Shown here in pieces: positions 1-9,455 of a stretch of 64,000 bases of DNA. The position numbers and the translations under genes were made by a program. The stretch comes from a virus. The notes beneath the pieces are model-generated. The model worked only from the letters and a program-made list of their open reading frames with translations, was not told the DNA's origin and did not search any database. Position 1 is the stretch's first letter; the number at the start of each line of letters is the position of its first letter. The stretch lies in the UHGV virus genome UHGV-0275551; one strand, 5' to 3'.

Positions 1-1333
1 AAGTGGCTGGAGAGAACCCTGATACCATTGCTACACCGTTATCCTTAACAGATACTTCGCAAGTACCATTACGGTTTGCTAAGTACCAGAATACCAGTTG
101 TGGCATCTCATATCCAGCTTTTTTGTACTTACTCTGAATTGCTTCAAAGTTTGTACGACCGTTAGCCCCATCAACCTGATTAAACTCCATATCGGAGAAG
201 ATGATAAGCTTACTTGGCATATCTTTCTGAGTCAAGTTGTTTCTTTTGCCTGTCTCAAGAATACGGTCAAAAGCTGCTTGTAAGTTAGTTGAGCCATATT
301 CAACGTGTCGCATCACCTGACGATGACGGTTTCGTAAATCACCACTCAGTTCGATGAAGTGAGGGTTTGTTGAATAAACCATCAACTCATTCTTAAAGCA
401 ACCTGTATTGCGTTCTGCTACATACAAGGCAAGTGATACACCAATATCCAGAGCAGTAATGGAGCCAAAATTCACCCAAGACATTGAACTTGATACATCA
501 GACATACACAAGATGTTTTCACCTTCTGCCATCCAGTTTGGTAGTGCTTTCCACTGCTCATTAGCAACATCTGCATTACCATGCTTGACAGATTTAATCA
601 CATCGTATGGGTAAACAGCACCAGCATTAATCTTAGCCTCACCTTTTGATAAGGACTCAATGTAAGCTTTGTAACGTTCTCCATCCTTACGGTTAAACAG
701 TTTTTGGTAACGTGCAGCAGCAAGTGAGGGAACCTTACTGTAGTCAATCTTGCCAAACTCATTAGCAGAGATTTTTTGCTCAACTGTATCAGATAGTGCA
801 GATAACAGTGTGCGGTACTCTTTCTCGCTCAAGTTGGCAAACTTGCAGAAACGTTTTACAAACTGCTTATGACGTGGTTTGACTCGTGGTAACCACTTAG
901 CCGCCAAACCTGCTGTTGCAGGGTCTAGTAATGCTGCTTCTAAATGTTTGAAGGCATCTGTCTCGAAACAAGTACCCACGAAGATTTTGAAGTCATCAAA
1001 ACGACCAAGTTCTGCAATCTTATCCATAATGCGAAGAACCTGTGTAGGCTCTAAAACTTTATCTTCAATTGCTTGAAGCAAAACAGTTCTGAAGGCTTTA
1101 CGCTCACCCATACCTTCTCGTACATCTCGCATATGAAGCAAAATACGAACTGCAACATCAACATCCTCACGCAAAGCTTTGTAGAACAAGTCTGGTAAGA
1201 TTTCTACATTGCTACGGCTTGAACCAGCAGCTTTGTAAAAGTCTACAAGAGCAGACATTGATGAAGTATGGTTTACAGCACCATTTTCAGTTCGACCTGC
1301 ATGAAGGTGCGCATGTTTAAATAATTCGCTCAT
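1..1333 (-). CDS. vWA/MIDAS-domain protein (DUF2828/TROVE-like), partial; C-terminus lies beyond the window edge
   Basis: Open minus-strand frame from ATG at 1333 to the window edge, absent from the ORF track because no stop is in window; DxSxS MIDAS-like motif (DVSSSMS); SD-like purine run upstream. Confidence 0.55.
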   Translation of the reverse strand, partial: MSELFKHAHLHAGRTENGAVNHTSSMSALVDFYKAAGSSRSNVEILPDLFYKALREDVDVAVRILLHMRDVREGMGERKAFRTVLLQAIEDKVLEPTQVLRIMDKIAELGRFDDFKIFVGTCFETDAFKHLEAALLDPATAGLAAKWLPRVKPRHKQFVKRFCKFANLSEKEYRTLLSALSDTVEQKISANEFGKIDYSKVPSLAAARYQKLFNRKDGERYKAYIESLSKGEAKINAGAVYPYDVIKSVKHGNADVANEQWKALPNWMAEGENILCMSDVSSSMSWVNFGSITALDIGVSLALYVAERNTGCFKNELMVYSTNPHFIELSGDLRNRHRQVMRHVEYGSTNLQAAFDRILETGKRNNLTQKDMPSKLIIFSDMEFNQVDGANGRTNFEAIQSKYKKAGYEMPQLVFWYLANRNGTCEVSVKDNGVAMVSGFSPAT

Positions 1334-1414
1334 ATTTTACTCTCTTCTCTCATTTGTTGTTTGATGTGACAGACTTTAGAGCAACTTTATAGAGTCTGTC
1401 AACACCTTTTAAAA

Positions 1415-1786
1415 TTATTTTTTAAGAGTCGCTACAGCAGAGAACGTTGGTTTGTTATCTGTCTGTTGTTGACCACCATTATCAGGAGTCTTCTTAGTGT
1501 CTGCTGCAAGTGCTTTCATCTCACCTGCTGAGTGAGTAAAGATAGTTTTACCTACCTCAATCATGCTCTTGATGGTTACGTCGTCTGTGTTTAACCCGAA
1601 CTCTGCAAGCTTAGCAGCATCCCTTGTAACAATCGCTTCAAATAACTTTGCAGCAAACTCAGCAGAGTTGTCAATGGTCAGTTGAGCTTTTACAAGTGAG
1701 CTTTTGTTGCGAGAGCCTTTTGGTCTTCCAGATGGGTTTCCAGATTGGCCTTTTTTAAACTGGCCTTTGTTTGTTCTGTTTTTCAT
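1415..1786 (-). CDS. hypothetical basic protein (KGQSGNPSGRPKGSRNK motif)
   Basis: 123-aa ORF from track. Confidence 0.55.
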   Translation of the reverse strand: MKNRTNKGQFKKGQSGNPSGRPKGSRNKSSLVKAQLTIDNSAEFAAKLFEAIVTRDAAKLAEFGLNTDDVTIKSMIEVGKTIFTHSAGEMKALAADTKKTPDNGGQQQTDNKPTFSAVATLKK

Positions 1787-1912
1787 TGGTATGCCTCTTA
1801 TAAGACCTCTTAAAAGGCTTTTAAGATAAAAGATAGATATCCAGAAAGATATCTGTTTAAATAGCCTTTTTAGAGGAACCTTTTAAGTTATCTTCTAAGT
1901 ATTTATAAGCCT

Positions 1913-1937
1913 ACACCTTGTCAAGTACTTTGTCAAC
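1913..1937 (+). promoter_or_regulatory. conserved 25-nt motif ACACCTTGTCAAGTACTTTGTCAAC upstream of the first plus-strand operon
   Basis: Near-identical copy at 47723-47747 upstream of the DNA polymerase operon; two TTGTCAA half-sites 11-12 bp apart. Confidence 0.45.
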
Positions 1938-2035
1938 AACTTTTTTAACTTGCAATAGTTCTTGACTTGTTGTATGGATTACTGTACCATCTTACTTAAA
2001 GCTGTAGGTCTGCCTTGTTCTACAAAGGAGACTTA

Positions 2036-2197
2036 ATGAGAAAATCAAATAAACCGAAGAAAGGTAAGAATACCAATCACTGTAAGGAATCAAAAAGGGT
2101 AGAGTCAATCTACTATTCATCCTCTGAAATTGGTCTGTACCTGTTCTTTCAAAATTACAGAAGACAAGAGGATTATCTATGTGTAGTTCCCAATTAG
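2036..2197 (+). CDS. hypothetical small basic protein
   Basis: Track ORF starts at TTG 2015; first ATG at 2036 is preceded by AAAGGAG. Confidence 0.45.
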   Translation: MRKSNKPKKGKNTNHCKESKRVESIYYSSSEIGLYLFFQNYRRQEDYLCVVPN

Positions 2198-2412
2198 AAA
2201 TCGCAGATATTATAGATTTATATCAAACTGCAAAGAGTCATGGCTATATAACCTCAATTGGAAAGAATAGTCACTATGATGCTTTGACTGGAATGTATTT
2301 CAGGGCAATGGCTCAATCTAGTGAACAACACTTAATGGTTTCTTCCAGTGAGTTTACTTCGTTTCTCTATTGCAGCAAAATTATAAATCGCAGGAGAACT
2401 GAAAAATGTTAA
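2179..2412 (+). CDS. hypothetical protein
   Basis: 77-aa ORF, ATG start, co-oriented in operon. Confidence 0.45.
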   Translation: MCSSQLEIADIIDLYQTAKSHGYITSIGKNSHYDALTGMYFRAMAQSSEQHLMVSSSEFTSFLYCSKIINRRRTEKC

Positions 2413-2996
2413 CAGTAAGTTTTAATTACAATAGTGATGGCTCTGTATCAATTAACTCACCATATGCAAATGACCTATTGAAAGAATTAGTTAATCAGTG
2501 TGATAGAGGTCTTCACTATGTTCCAAATTCTTTTAAACAGAAGACTATTGCTAATAACTTGATGCGTGTAACAGTAACGTCATCGAATCCAAATTATGAC
2601 TTTGATAGTGAAAGCCCGTACTCATTAGTTGCGCTTGGAGAGAGCAGCCAATTCAAACTTGTTTGCCACGACTCAGAAACATTCCTTAAGGTATTTTCCA
2701 ACCTTATCCATAATAATAAGTACAGCTACGTTGATGGTAGTGTAAATTTCTATCCAGCAAACTATACATGTTTGTTGGTTGATAATATGAGAAAAAGTAA
2801 GCAAGAGCCTACAGAAATTTCATTTGATGTGAACTCTAGTCCAGACGCAGAAACAAGTAAGAACTTTGATATGAGTTACGCATTGTCACTCAGTAAGAAA
2901 TCCGAGTTCATTGATTATGTCAATGGATTTGGTTTTAAGTTTGATGAGAGTATGAATCTTAAAAAACTTAAGAACCTACTTAAGACCAAAGCTTAA
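2406..2996 (+). CDS. hypothetical protein
   Basis: 196-aa ORF; hairpin AGGGGC-tgat-GCCCCT just downstream. Confidence 0.55.
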   Translation: MLTVSFNYNSDGSVSINSPYANDLLKELVNQCDRGLHYVPNSFKQKTIANNLMRVTVTSSNPNYDFDSESPYSLVALGESSQFKLVCHDSETFLKVFSNLIHNNKYSYVDGSVNFYPANYTCLLVDNMRKSKQEPTEISFDVNSSPDAETSKNFDMSYALSLSKKSEFIDYVNGFGFKFDESMNLKKLKNLLKTKA

Positions 2997-3005
2997 GTGT
3001 GAATA

Positions 3006-3030
3006 GGGGCTGATGCCCCTTTAACTATTT
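3006..3030 (+). terminator. possible intrinsic terminator or attenuator hairpin
   Basis: AGGGGCtgatGCCCCT followed by a T-rich stretch. Confidence 0.35.
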
Positions 3031-3043
3031 ATAAGGATATTTA

Positions 3044-3415
3044 ATGAAAGCTAAGAGTGCAAAAGACTTTTATTGCTTCCTACAATCCTATATCAATTCC
3101 GTGCAAAATGGTGAAAGGTACAACATTAATGATGTTATCCCAACACCTTTGACATGGAGACTCAGTAAATGGCCTGAAGAAGATATTACACCAACAAGCA
3201 AACAACGCACCTACAAACCTGAAATCAATATTCCAGATTCTGAGAATCTATTATATCCAATGTTCCATATTGTTGGTCTTGGAAGATTCCTTATGGATAT
3301 CCAGTATGTAATTGGTAAAGGTTATAAGGTTAAAGGTATTGTTGTTGGTGATGTATCTCCGCATCACAAAGGTTATTTTAGACTAAACGCACATTTAGAG
3401 GCTAAAAAGAAATGA
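3044..3415 (+). CDS. hypothetical protein, paralog of the N-terminal domain of the next gene
   Basis: 123-aa ORF; shares motifs with 3412-4296 N-terminus (W..PE.DI, YKP, FMD(I/L)QY). Confidence 0.55.
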   Translation: MKAKSAKDFYCFLQSYINSVQNGERYNINDVIPTPLTWRLSKWPEEDITPTSKQRTYKPEINIPDSENLLYPMFHIVGLGRFLMDIQYVIGKGYKVKGIVVGDVSPHHKGYFRLNAHLEAKKK

Positions 3416-4296
3416 TTAAAGCAAAGACTTACCCAGACTTCAAAGAGTTTGTGAAGGGTTTCATTGCAAATGTAAAGGCTGGTAAGAGATATGATTTTAG
3501 AACATATCAAGAGGCTATTTTACCACTTACCTATAGTTCATATTGGCCTGAAGCTGATATTGCAGAAGTTGAGAAGTTTGACTACAAACCAGACTACAAA
3601 GTTCCATTTAGTGATGAATTGCTTTACAGTGTTGGTGCACAGATGAGAACTGCTGATTTCTTCATGGACTTACAATATGCAATTATCAATGGTAAAGACG
3701 TTGATACAGTTTATTGTGAATGGCTGGCAAGAGTTAAACCATTCTCAATGCTGAATGCTAAGTTGAAGGATGCTATCAAGCCACCAGCAATCACTCAGCA
3801 ACCAACCAATCAAACAGTAAATGAAGGTGGCACACTTACTCTAAGCATTCTAGCAACTAACGCCACTGGATATCAGTGGAAGAAGGATGGTGAGGACATC
3901 CCTAGTGCCAATTCTGCAACTTACACAAAACAGTCAGTAGCACCTTCTGACGCTGGTTCATACACTTGTGTTGTATCTGGAGAGGGTGGAACAAGTATTA
4001 CCTCAGATGCGGCAACAGTTACTGTCAACGCACTTCCGGTAATCACTCAACAGCCAACCAATCAAGAAATCACTGAAGGTGAGACTTTAACACTGAATGT
4101 TGTGGCAACAGGTGCAACAGGTTACCAGTGGAAGAAAGGTGAGGAAGACATCCCCGATGCAACTACTGCAACTTACACCAAAGAAGGTGCAACCACTGCT
4201 GATGCAGGAAGCTACACCTGTGTAGTTACTGGTGCAGGTGGCTCTGTAACATCTAATGCAGCAACAGTTACAGTTAACCCAGCAGGGGAGGCATAA
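3412..4296 (+). CDS. protein with two C-terminal Ig-like (I-set-like) tandem domains
   Basis: Two ~95-aa repeats with TQQPTNQ...TLTL...GYQWKK...ATYTK...DAGSYTCVV...ATVTVN. Confidence 0.65.
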   Translation: MIKAKTYPDFKEFVKGFIANVKAGKRYDFRTYQEAILPLTYSSYWPEADIAEVEKFDYKPDYKVPFSDELLYSVGAQMRTADFFMDLQYAIINGKDVDTVYCEWLARVKPFSMLNAKLKDAIKPPAITQQPTNQTVNEGGTLTLSILATNATGYQWKKDGEDIPSANSATYTKQSVAPSDAGSYTCVVSGEGGTSITSDAATVTVNALPVITQQPTNQEITEGETLTLNVVATGATGYQWKKGEEDIPDATTATYTKEGATTADAGSYTCVVTGAGGSVTSNAATVTVNPAGEA

Positions 4297-4760
4297 TGCA
4301 ACTCTCAAGAAAAGGTTTAGAAGCTATTAAGTTCTTTGAAGGTCTTAAGCTTGAGGCTTACGAAGATTCTGCTGGAATCCCCACAATTGGGTATGGGACA
4401 ATTCGTATTGGTGGGAAGCCTGTTAAGATGGGTATGAAGATTACCGCTGAACAAGCTGAACAGTATCTTCTCGCAGATGTTGAAAAGTTCGTTGCAGCAG
4501 TGAACAAAGCCATCAAGGTTCCAACTTCTCAGAATGAGTTTGATGCACTTGTAAGTGAAACATACAACATTGGTATCACAGCTATGCAGGACTCTACATT
4601 TATCAAGCGCCACAACGCTGGTAATAAGGTAGGTTGTGCAGAAGCTATGCAGTGGTGGAACAAGGTAACGGTCAAAGGTGAGAAGGTCACTTCAAACGGT
4701 CTTAAAAACAGACGCAGAATGGAAGCTGATATTTACCTTGACAGTGTATACCCAAAGTAA
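4296..4760 (+). CDS. lysozyme / endolysin (GH24, T4-lysozyme-like)
   Basis: N-terminal EGLKLEAYEDSAGIPTIGYG matches the GH24 catalytic Glu/Asp/Thr region; SD GGGGAGG. Confidence 0.85.
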   Translation: MQLSRKGLEAIKFFEGLKLEAYEDSAGIPTIGYGTIRIGGKPVKMGMKITAEQAEQYLLADVEKFVAAVNKAIKVPTSQNEFDALVSETYNIGITAMQDSTFIKRHNAGNKVGCAEAMQWWNKVTVKGEKVTSNGLKNRRRMEADIYLDSVYPK

Positions 4761-4770
4761 TATCTTCATA

Positions 4771-4796
4771 GGCTCCTTCGGGAGCCTTTTTTATTT
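4771..4796 (+). terminator. rho-independent terminator
   Basis: GGCTCC-ttcg-GGAGCC followed by TTTTTTATTTT. Confidence 0.7.
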
Positions 4797-4811
4797 TCTA
4801 AGGAGAAAGCT

Positions 4812-5210
4812 ATGAAACTTTGGGCTAGTGACTTTGGAACTTTTAAGTACACTCGTAATGGCTCGCTTGTACGCATTGTCGGGAACAATGTAGTTTCAAG
4901 AGGTGATAAGGTGTATACACGGTTTACTGTAGAGCTTGTTGAATTGTCACCTATTGAGTCTGTGAACAATGGTCTGTTCAAGTTTGAGACTTACAATGTC
5001 AATGAGCATGGACAATTCAACCCTCTTGGCGAAAGTGGACTTGATATTATTTCAGAGCACCCATTGACAAAAGAGCAACTTGCAGGTTACTATAAAACTG
5101 TTCTGGAAAGGCAGTTAGCAACACATGAACAAGAAGCTAACTACCATCTACAGCATTGCGAAACTTTAAGAGCAAAAATCGAACAAGCAGAGAGAGGTTT
5201 TTATGAATAA
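4812..5210 (+). CDS. hypothetical protein
   Basis: 132-aa ORF, SD AAGGAG. Confidence 0.55.
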   Translation: MKLWASDFGTFKYTRNGSLVRIVGNNVVSRGDKVYTRFTVELVELSPIESVNNGLFKFETYNVNEHGQFNPLGESGLDIISEHPLTKEQLAGYYKTVLERQLATHEQEANYHLQHCETLRAKIEQAERGFYE

Positions 5211-5610
5211 AGATGTTAGAGATATTCAAGTAAAGGTTGACACATTTGGTCATGATGGTCTAGAAGACATCGGTTTTGCCGACGCAGTAATATTCAAGTG
5301 CAACGGAGATTTATTCCTTCGTTTTACAGGGTCTGGAAGCACCCTTCATCGGGTGCGAGATGATGAAGATGGCTGCCCTGTATTTGGTTGGTTTAACACA
5401 GAGTTCCCTCTCTACGTAATCCACTATCCAGATGGTGGAGAAGACTGGACAACCCAATCAATCTTTGATGAGCTTAATGGTGTTCCAGTTGAGCAAGAAG
5501 AGCAAGAAGAGCAAGAACCTGTTGAACTCACCTTCACTTTTATCAAAGAAGAGAAAGTAGGTGACTTGTCAGTAACTGAAGCAATTCAAGTCTCACAGGT
5601 TATTCGTTAA
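5203..5610 (+). CDS. hypothetical acidic protein (EQEEQEEQE tract)
   Basis: 135-aa ORF. Confidence 0.55.
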   Translation: MNKDVRDIQVKVDTFGHDGLEDIGFADAVIFKCNGDLFLRFTGSGSTLHRVRDDEDGCPVFGWFNTEFPLYVIHYPDGGEDWTTQSIFDELNGVPVEQEEQEEQEPVELTFTFIKEEKVGDLSVTEAIQVSQVIR

Positions 5611-5903
5611 TGAGTAAAGTACAGGTTGTTTTCCCTATTTGTGACTTCTCACTGGAGCGTGAACTTGACCTGTACGAAGAAATTACTGACGAAATTATCT
5701 GGTCTGTTGTAGAAGAGGCTATCAAGAAGCTGTATGGTGGCCTCTTAAATCCATCAAGTAAGAAGTTAAGCACTAAGCAAGTAGCTGACCCATATATTTC
5801 ATACGATGCCTACAACAAACCTTTTGAAAATACCTGCTTTGACCTTATGGTAGGTAATAACAAAGTCAACTATTTCTTCGTCAGAGAGTTTAACGATGAG
5901 TAA
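5610..5903 (+). CDS. hypothetical protein
   Basis: 97-aa ORF, start overlaps previous stop. Confidence 0.5.
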   Translation: MSKVQVVFPICDFSLERELDLYEEITDEIIWSVVEEAIKKLYGGLLNPSSKKLSTKQVADPYISYDAYNKPFENTCFDLMVGNNKVNYFFVREFNDE

Positions 5904-6240
5904 GCTCCATGTCACAGTGTACAAAAACTTCTCAGATATTAAAGAGTCTTTAACAAATAAGCTTGACTTACAACGTAAAAGACTCTTTTTAATGTATGAC
6001 ATAGACAACTACAACCATCCTAAAGAGTTTAACTACAAAGATGGTACAAAGGTTGTTGAGTTTGAAGATTCTGTGACGGTGTATGTAAAATATGACTTAC
6101 CAGCAAAGTATATAGGGATGTTAGAGTACTACATATTCAAACATACTGGTATGCGTGGTGAGTCTGTCAAGATATCTTCTATAGAAGTTTTTGAGAAACC
6201 TAACACACAACTTAAAAAGTATTTAATGAGGAAACTGTAA
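5896..6240 (+). CDS. hypothetical protein
   Basis: 114-aa ORF. Confidence 0.5.
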   Translation: MSKLHVTVYKNFSDIKESLTNKLDLQRKRLFLMYDIDNYNHPKEFNYKDGTKVVEFEDSVTVYVKYDLPAKYIGMLEYYIFKHTGMRGESVKISSIEVFEKPNTQLKKYLMRKL

Positions 6241-6830
6241 TGTCCGAAGAGCAACAGAATATTACCCCACAAGTAACACTAGTCCAACATTTTGGGAACA
6301 TTGAAGGTTGTGTTGCACTTTTTCAACCAAGTATCAATTCTCCTGCAAAAGTCTGTAAGTTGACTATGAATGTCAACAATATCAGTGTTTGCCTTGTTGA
6401 TGAAGTACAATACTTCAAATTCAATGACAGAGAAGTTGATGCTGCACTATTGAAGTATCGAGCAAGCCTCGAAAAAGACATTGACCATAAAGAGCTTGTC
6501 ACACTGTTTGGTGACCTACACAAGCTTCTTGAAAAGGTTATTAAGCGTACATACTACATGAACAATGGTTCAATCATCACAACTTTGATTTCTCCATGTA
6601 TCTCAGAGCCAATTCTGACTGATGAAGGTGGATACTACGTAGTGGCATCAGCAGATTCTGATTGGTGGATGAAAAATACAGCACTTAAGACGGTTATTGA
6701 GGCTATTCGTGAGCATATCCCTTCATTCAGCCCGTGGAAAGGTAAAGGTGATGACTTTATCGCACTATTGAGTGAAGAAAGTAGCAAACGCAGTGCATTA
6801 ATGCCTAAGAAGTACTCTTGCCGAGTATAA
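6240..6830 (+). CDS. hypothetical protein
   Basis: 196-aa ORF. Confidence 0.55.
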   Translation: MSEEQQNITPQVTLVQHFGNIEGCVALFQPSINSPAKVCKLTMNVNNISVCLVDEVQYFKFNDREVDAALLKYRASLEKDIDHKELVTLFGDLHKLLEKVIKRTYYMNNGSIITTLISPCISEPILTDEGGYYVVASADSDWWMKNTALKTVIEAIREHIPSFSPWKGKGDDFIALLSEESSKRSALMPKKYSCRV

Positions 6831-6902
6831 AATATTGACTATAATGGGAGCTATCGAGAGGTAGTTCCCTTTTTAGCTTCTTAAGAAGATGCGTGGTGAA
6901 AA

Positions 6903-7121
6903 ATGAAAAAACTAACTACAGTTGAAGATTACTACAAACTGTCCCTATTAGAACAATATCGTAGGAGTCAGAATATCAGAAAATGCTATGGTAAACACGC
7001 TGAAGGTGACTTTTACCGTTGCTACGATGCAGATTTAAAAGGTGTAACACCTAGAGGGAAAGTCCTGCAAAGACTTGTTGACCTTGAGTGGAACAAACGA
7101 TTGAGAGGGGTTGGGAAATGA
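6903..7121 (+). CDS. hypothetical protein
   Basis: 72-aa ORF. Confidence 0.45.
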   Translation: MKKLTTVEDYYKLSLLEQYRRSQNIRKCYGKHAEGDFYRCYDADLKGVTPRGKVLQRLVDLEWNKRLRGVGK

Positions 7122-7621
7122 TTTACGAAGAAAGATACAAGATAGATTATCAGAAGACTGGTCATCACACTTCACTAAGAGTAACCAAACCAAATGGGGA
7201 TACTGGTATCATAGCACATTTTGGTGGTGATTATTGGTACGGTACAGGTTGCTTTGAAGGCTACACTCAAGAATACTTAAAAGCTTTCTACAGAGACTTT
7301 ACAAATGACTACAACAGGGTTGTTGAAGAGAAGAATAAGTGCATTAAGCATGAATACCATGCCAGAGGTTGTCTGAATATTGTTATGATACTGGTTTTCT
7401 TCTTAGCAACATTACTAGCCGTATCAGCAATCAGCTACATAGCTCAAGACTTGACCATTACACAGATTACTGCAAAGGTACATGATGTTTGGTACTTGTA
7501 TGCTGTTCCTTTAGCTGGTATCATCATCTCACTAATAAGGTTCAGAGTTCATAAGAAACGACTTAAGGACTCTGAGGTTAAACTTGAAGAGGTAAGTAAA
7601 GAATGCAACCTACAATTATAG
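7118..7621 (+). CDS. hypothetical membrane protein (C-terminal TM segments)
   Basis: Track start is GTG 7088; ATG at 7118 overlaps previous stop (ATGA) and has a purine-rich SD; hydrophobic C-terminus. Confidence 0.5.
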   Translation: MIYEERYKIDYQKTGHHTSLRVTKPNGDTGIIAHFGGDYWYGTGCFEGYTQEYLKAFYRDFTNDYNRVVEEKNKCIKHEYHARGCLNIVMILVFFLATLLAVSAISYIAQDLTITQITAKVHDVWYLYAVPLAGIIISLIRFRVHKKRLKDSEVKLEEVSKECNLQL

Positions 7622-7697
7622 CTGTCTGTGTTCGTTTTGCAATCACTGAAATGATTAACAAGGCAATCTTAAAAGATGCCTATGGAGAGACTAAGTA

Positions 7698-7922
7698 ATG
7701 ATTAAGACACCTGTACCAATTTTTGGATTTCCTTCTATAGAAGAGTTTAAAGTTTATCTTGACAAAAACTTCTACAATGAGCAGCCTGTTACTTTGCTGA
7801 AGAGTGACTTATCAGAGCTTCTTGATATGATTATCAAGGCAACTTCTGAGAAGGAACCTGAACAGAAAGCTGAGAAGAAGACTAGTAAGAAATCCGATAA
7901 GAAGACTGAAAAGTCTGAGTAA
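7698..7922 (+). CDS. hypothetical protein (K/E-rich C-terminus)
   Basis: 74-aa ORF. Confidence 0.45.
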   Translation: MIKTPVPIFGFPSIEEFKVYLDKNFYNEQPVTLLKSDLSELLDMIIKATSEKEPEQKAEKKTSKKSDKKTEKSE

Positions 7923-7974
7923 TAACTTAGGGGTTACTTGATAGCCCCTTTGTAGAAACTTAGAAGGTAGCGAA

Positions 7975-8397
7975 ATGAAAGAGCTTATTGGTAAAAGATT
8001 GACAGTTTACTGCTCTAAAACAAAGAAACCACTCACTTCTGTGAAGGTTTTTGATGTTGACACCACTGGTGTAGAGTACCCAATCCAATGCACAATAATT
8101 ACTCCATTCAATGCAGATGATATGGATTTTAAAGAGTGTGAAGTGATATCTTTTAATGCTGATGGGTATTGGAGAGGTAAGTTAAACAAGCAATCAAAAG
8201 ATTTTGATATGCAAATCCTTATCAATGAAGGCTATATCTGTGTAAAAGATATCCTCGTAGAAGCCTATGAAGAAGGTATAATTGATATTGTGCATGATGT
8301 TGAAAAAGCTTTAAAGCTTGTTATGCCGCATTTAGAATCTGGAAAGCTGACTTTAGAGATGCTTAATAGGGTTATTCGGAGAGCTTATGAAAATTAA
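7975..8397 (+). CDS. hypothetical protein
   Basis: 140-aa ORF. Confidence 0.5.
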   Translation: MKELIGKRLTVYCSKTKKPLTSVKVFDVDTTGVEYPIQCTIITPFNADDMDFKECEVISFNADGYWRGKLNKQSKDFDMQILINEGYICVKDILVEAYEEGIIDIVHDVEKALKLVMPHLESGKLTLEMLNRVIRRAYEN

Positions 8398-8851
8398 AGA
8401 AACAGTTCGAAAAGCAATGCTTACCAATTCAACTAAAGATGAAATGTACAAAGAAATCTGTGATGAGTTGAATTGCTCAAGACATGCTGCTAAGGTTCTT
8501 GTACATTGTTTTATCTGGGAATGTTCAGAAGCTTATATGAGATTCAGAGCTTTTGAAAGTTCTAACTTACTAGGTGATGTAGAAGCTAGTGAGAAGCTAA
8601 AAGAACCTGAAGTGAAAACAGTCCCTAAAGTTGGTAATACATACCCTCTTAAAGACTTCAAGACTGGAAAGATTGTTGCAAAAGGTGTAGTAGAATCTGT
8701 TTATCATGATGGTAAATACTTACTTAAAATATTCGAGTATGACAGCCACTATACGCACTTATGTGGGATTACATTCTTAGTAACAGAAGAAGACATTATT
8801 AGGAACAATAGCAACAAGTTTGCAGTACCAGCTTACCAAGTTTTACGATAG
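8387..8851 (+). CDS. hypothetical protein
   Basis: 154-aa ORF. Confidence 0.5.
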   Translation: MKIKETVRKAMLTNSTKDEMYKEICDELNCSRHAAKVLVHCFIWECSEAYMRFRAFESSNLLGDVEASEKLKEPEVKTVPKVGNTYPLKDFKTGKIVAKGVVESVYHDGKYLLKIFEYDSHYTHLCGITFLVTEEDIIRNNSNKFAVPAYQVLR

Positions 8852-8864
8852 TGGTGTGATAGAT

Positions 8865-9413
8865 ATGGAAAAAGATAACTTAAAAGACGTTGAAGGTAAC
8901 TATCTAGTCCTTGACTGGAAGGATGTTCGGGAAGCACTCTCCGAAGAAAATCTTGACTGGTTCGAACAAATTATCTTTGCAGTACGGCATAACCGAGAAG
9001 TTGAAAATGGTAAAGAGCCACTTGAAGGAATCTTTGTAGAAAGGTCTTATCCGTTCTATGAAGACACTTTGCAGAAAGTTAAGATGTACTTTAAACAGAA
9101 GAACCGTAAAGTGGTCACTATGGTGTCTCTTGGTGGACAGAGTATGTCTGTGATGGAAGATATCAACCCTAAGAGACCGAGTAAAGGTGTTTGTATAAAA
9201 ATCACAGGACATGAAGAGTATATCTCAGTGGATGACTTTAGTGCATTCTGTAATGGGTCTTGTGTCTTTAATGGTTTTCACTATGATATCCGAGTATACC
9301 CAATCAAGGGAGATGATATCATGATGCAGATATTCGATAACAACAACGGATTCACTCATTTTTATCAGACAACTAAGTCATCCCTTAAAACAGTTCTGGA
9401 AACACTGATTTAA
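8865..9413 (+). CDS. hypothetical protein
   Basis: Track start TTG 8820; first ATG at 8865 after previous stop. Confidence 0.5.
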   Translation: MEKDNLKDVEGNYLVLDWKDVREALSEENLDWFEQIIFAVRHNREVENGKEPLEGIFVERSYPFYEDTLQKVKMYFKQKNRKVVTMVSLGGQSMSVMEDINPKRPSKGVCIKITGHEEYISVDDFSAFCNGSCVFNGFHYDIRVYPIKGDDIMMQIFDNNNGFTHFYQTTKSSLKTVLETLI

Positions 9414-9423
9414 AATATCTTAA

Positions 9424-9455
9424 GAGCCTCCTTAATCGGGGGCTTTTTAATTTTT
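9424..9455 (+). terminator. rho-independent terminator ending the plus-strand block
   Basis: AGCCUCC-uuaauc-GGGGGCU (one G-U pair) followed by UUUUUAAUUUUU. Confidence 0.6.
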
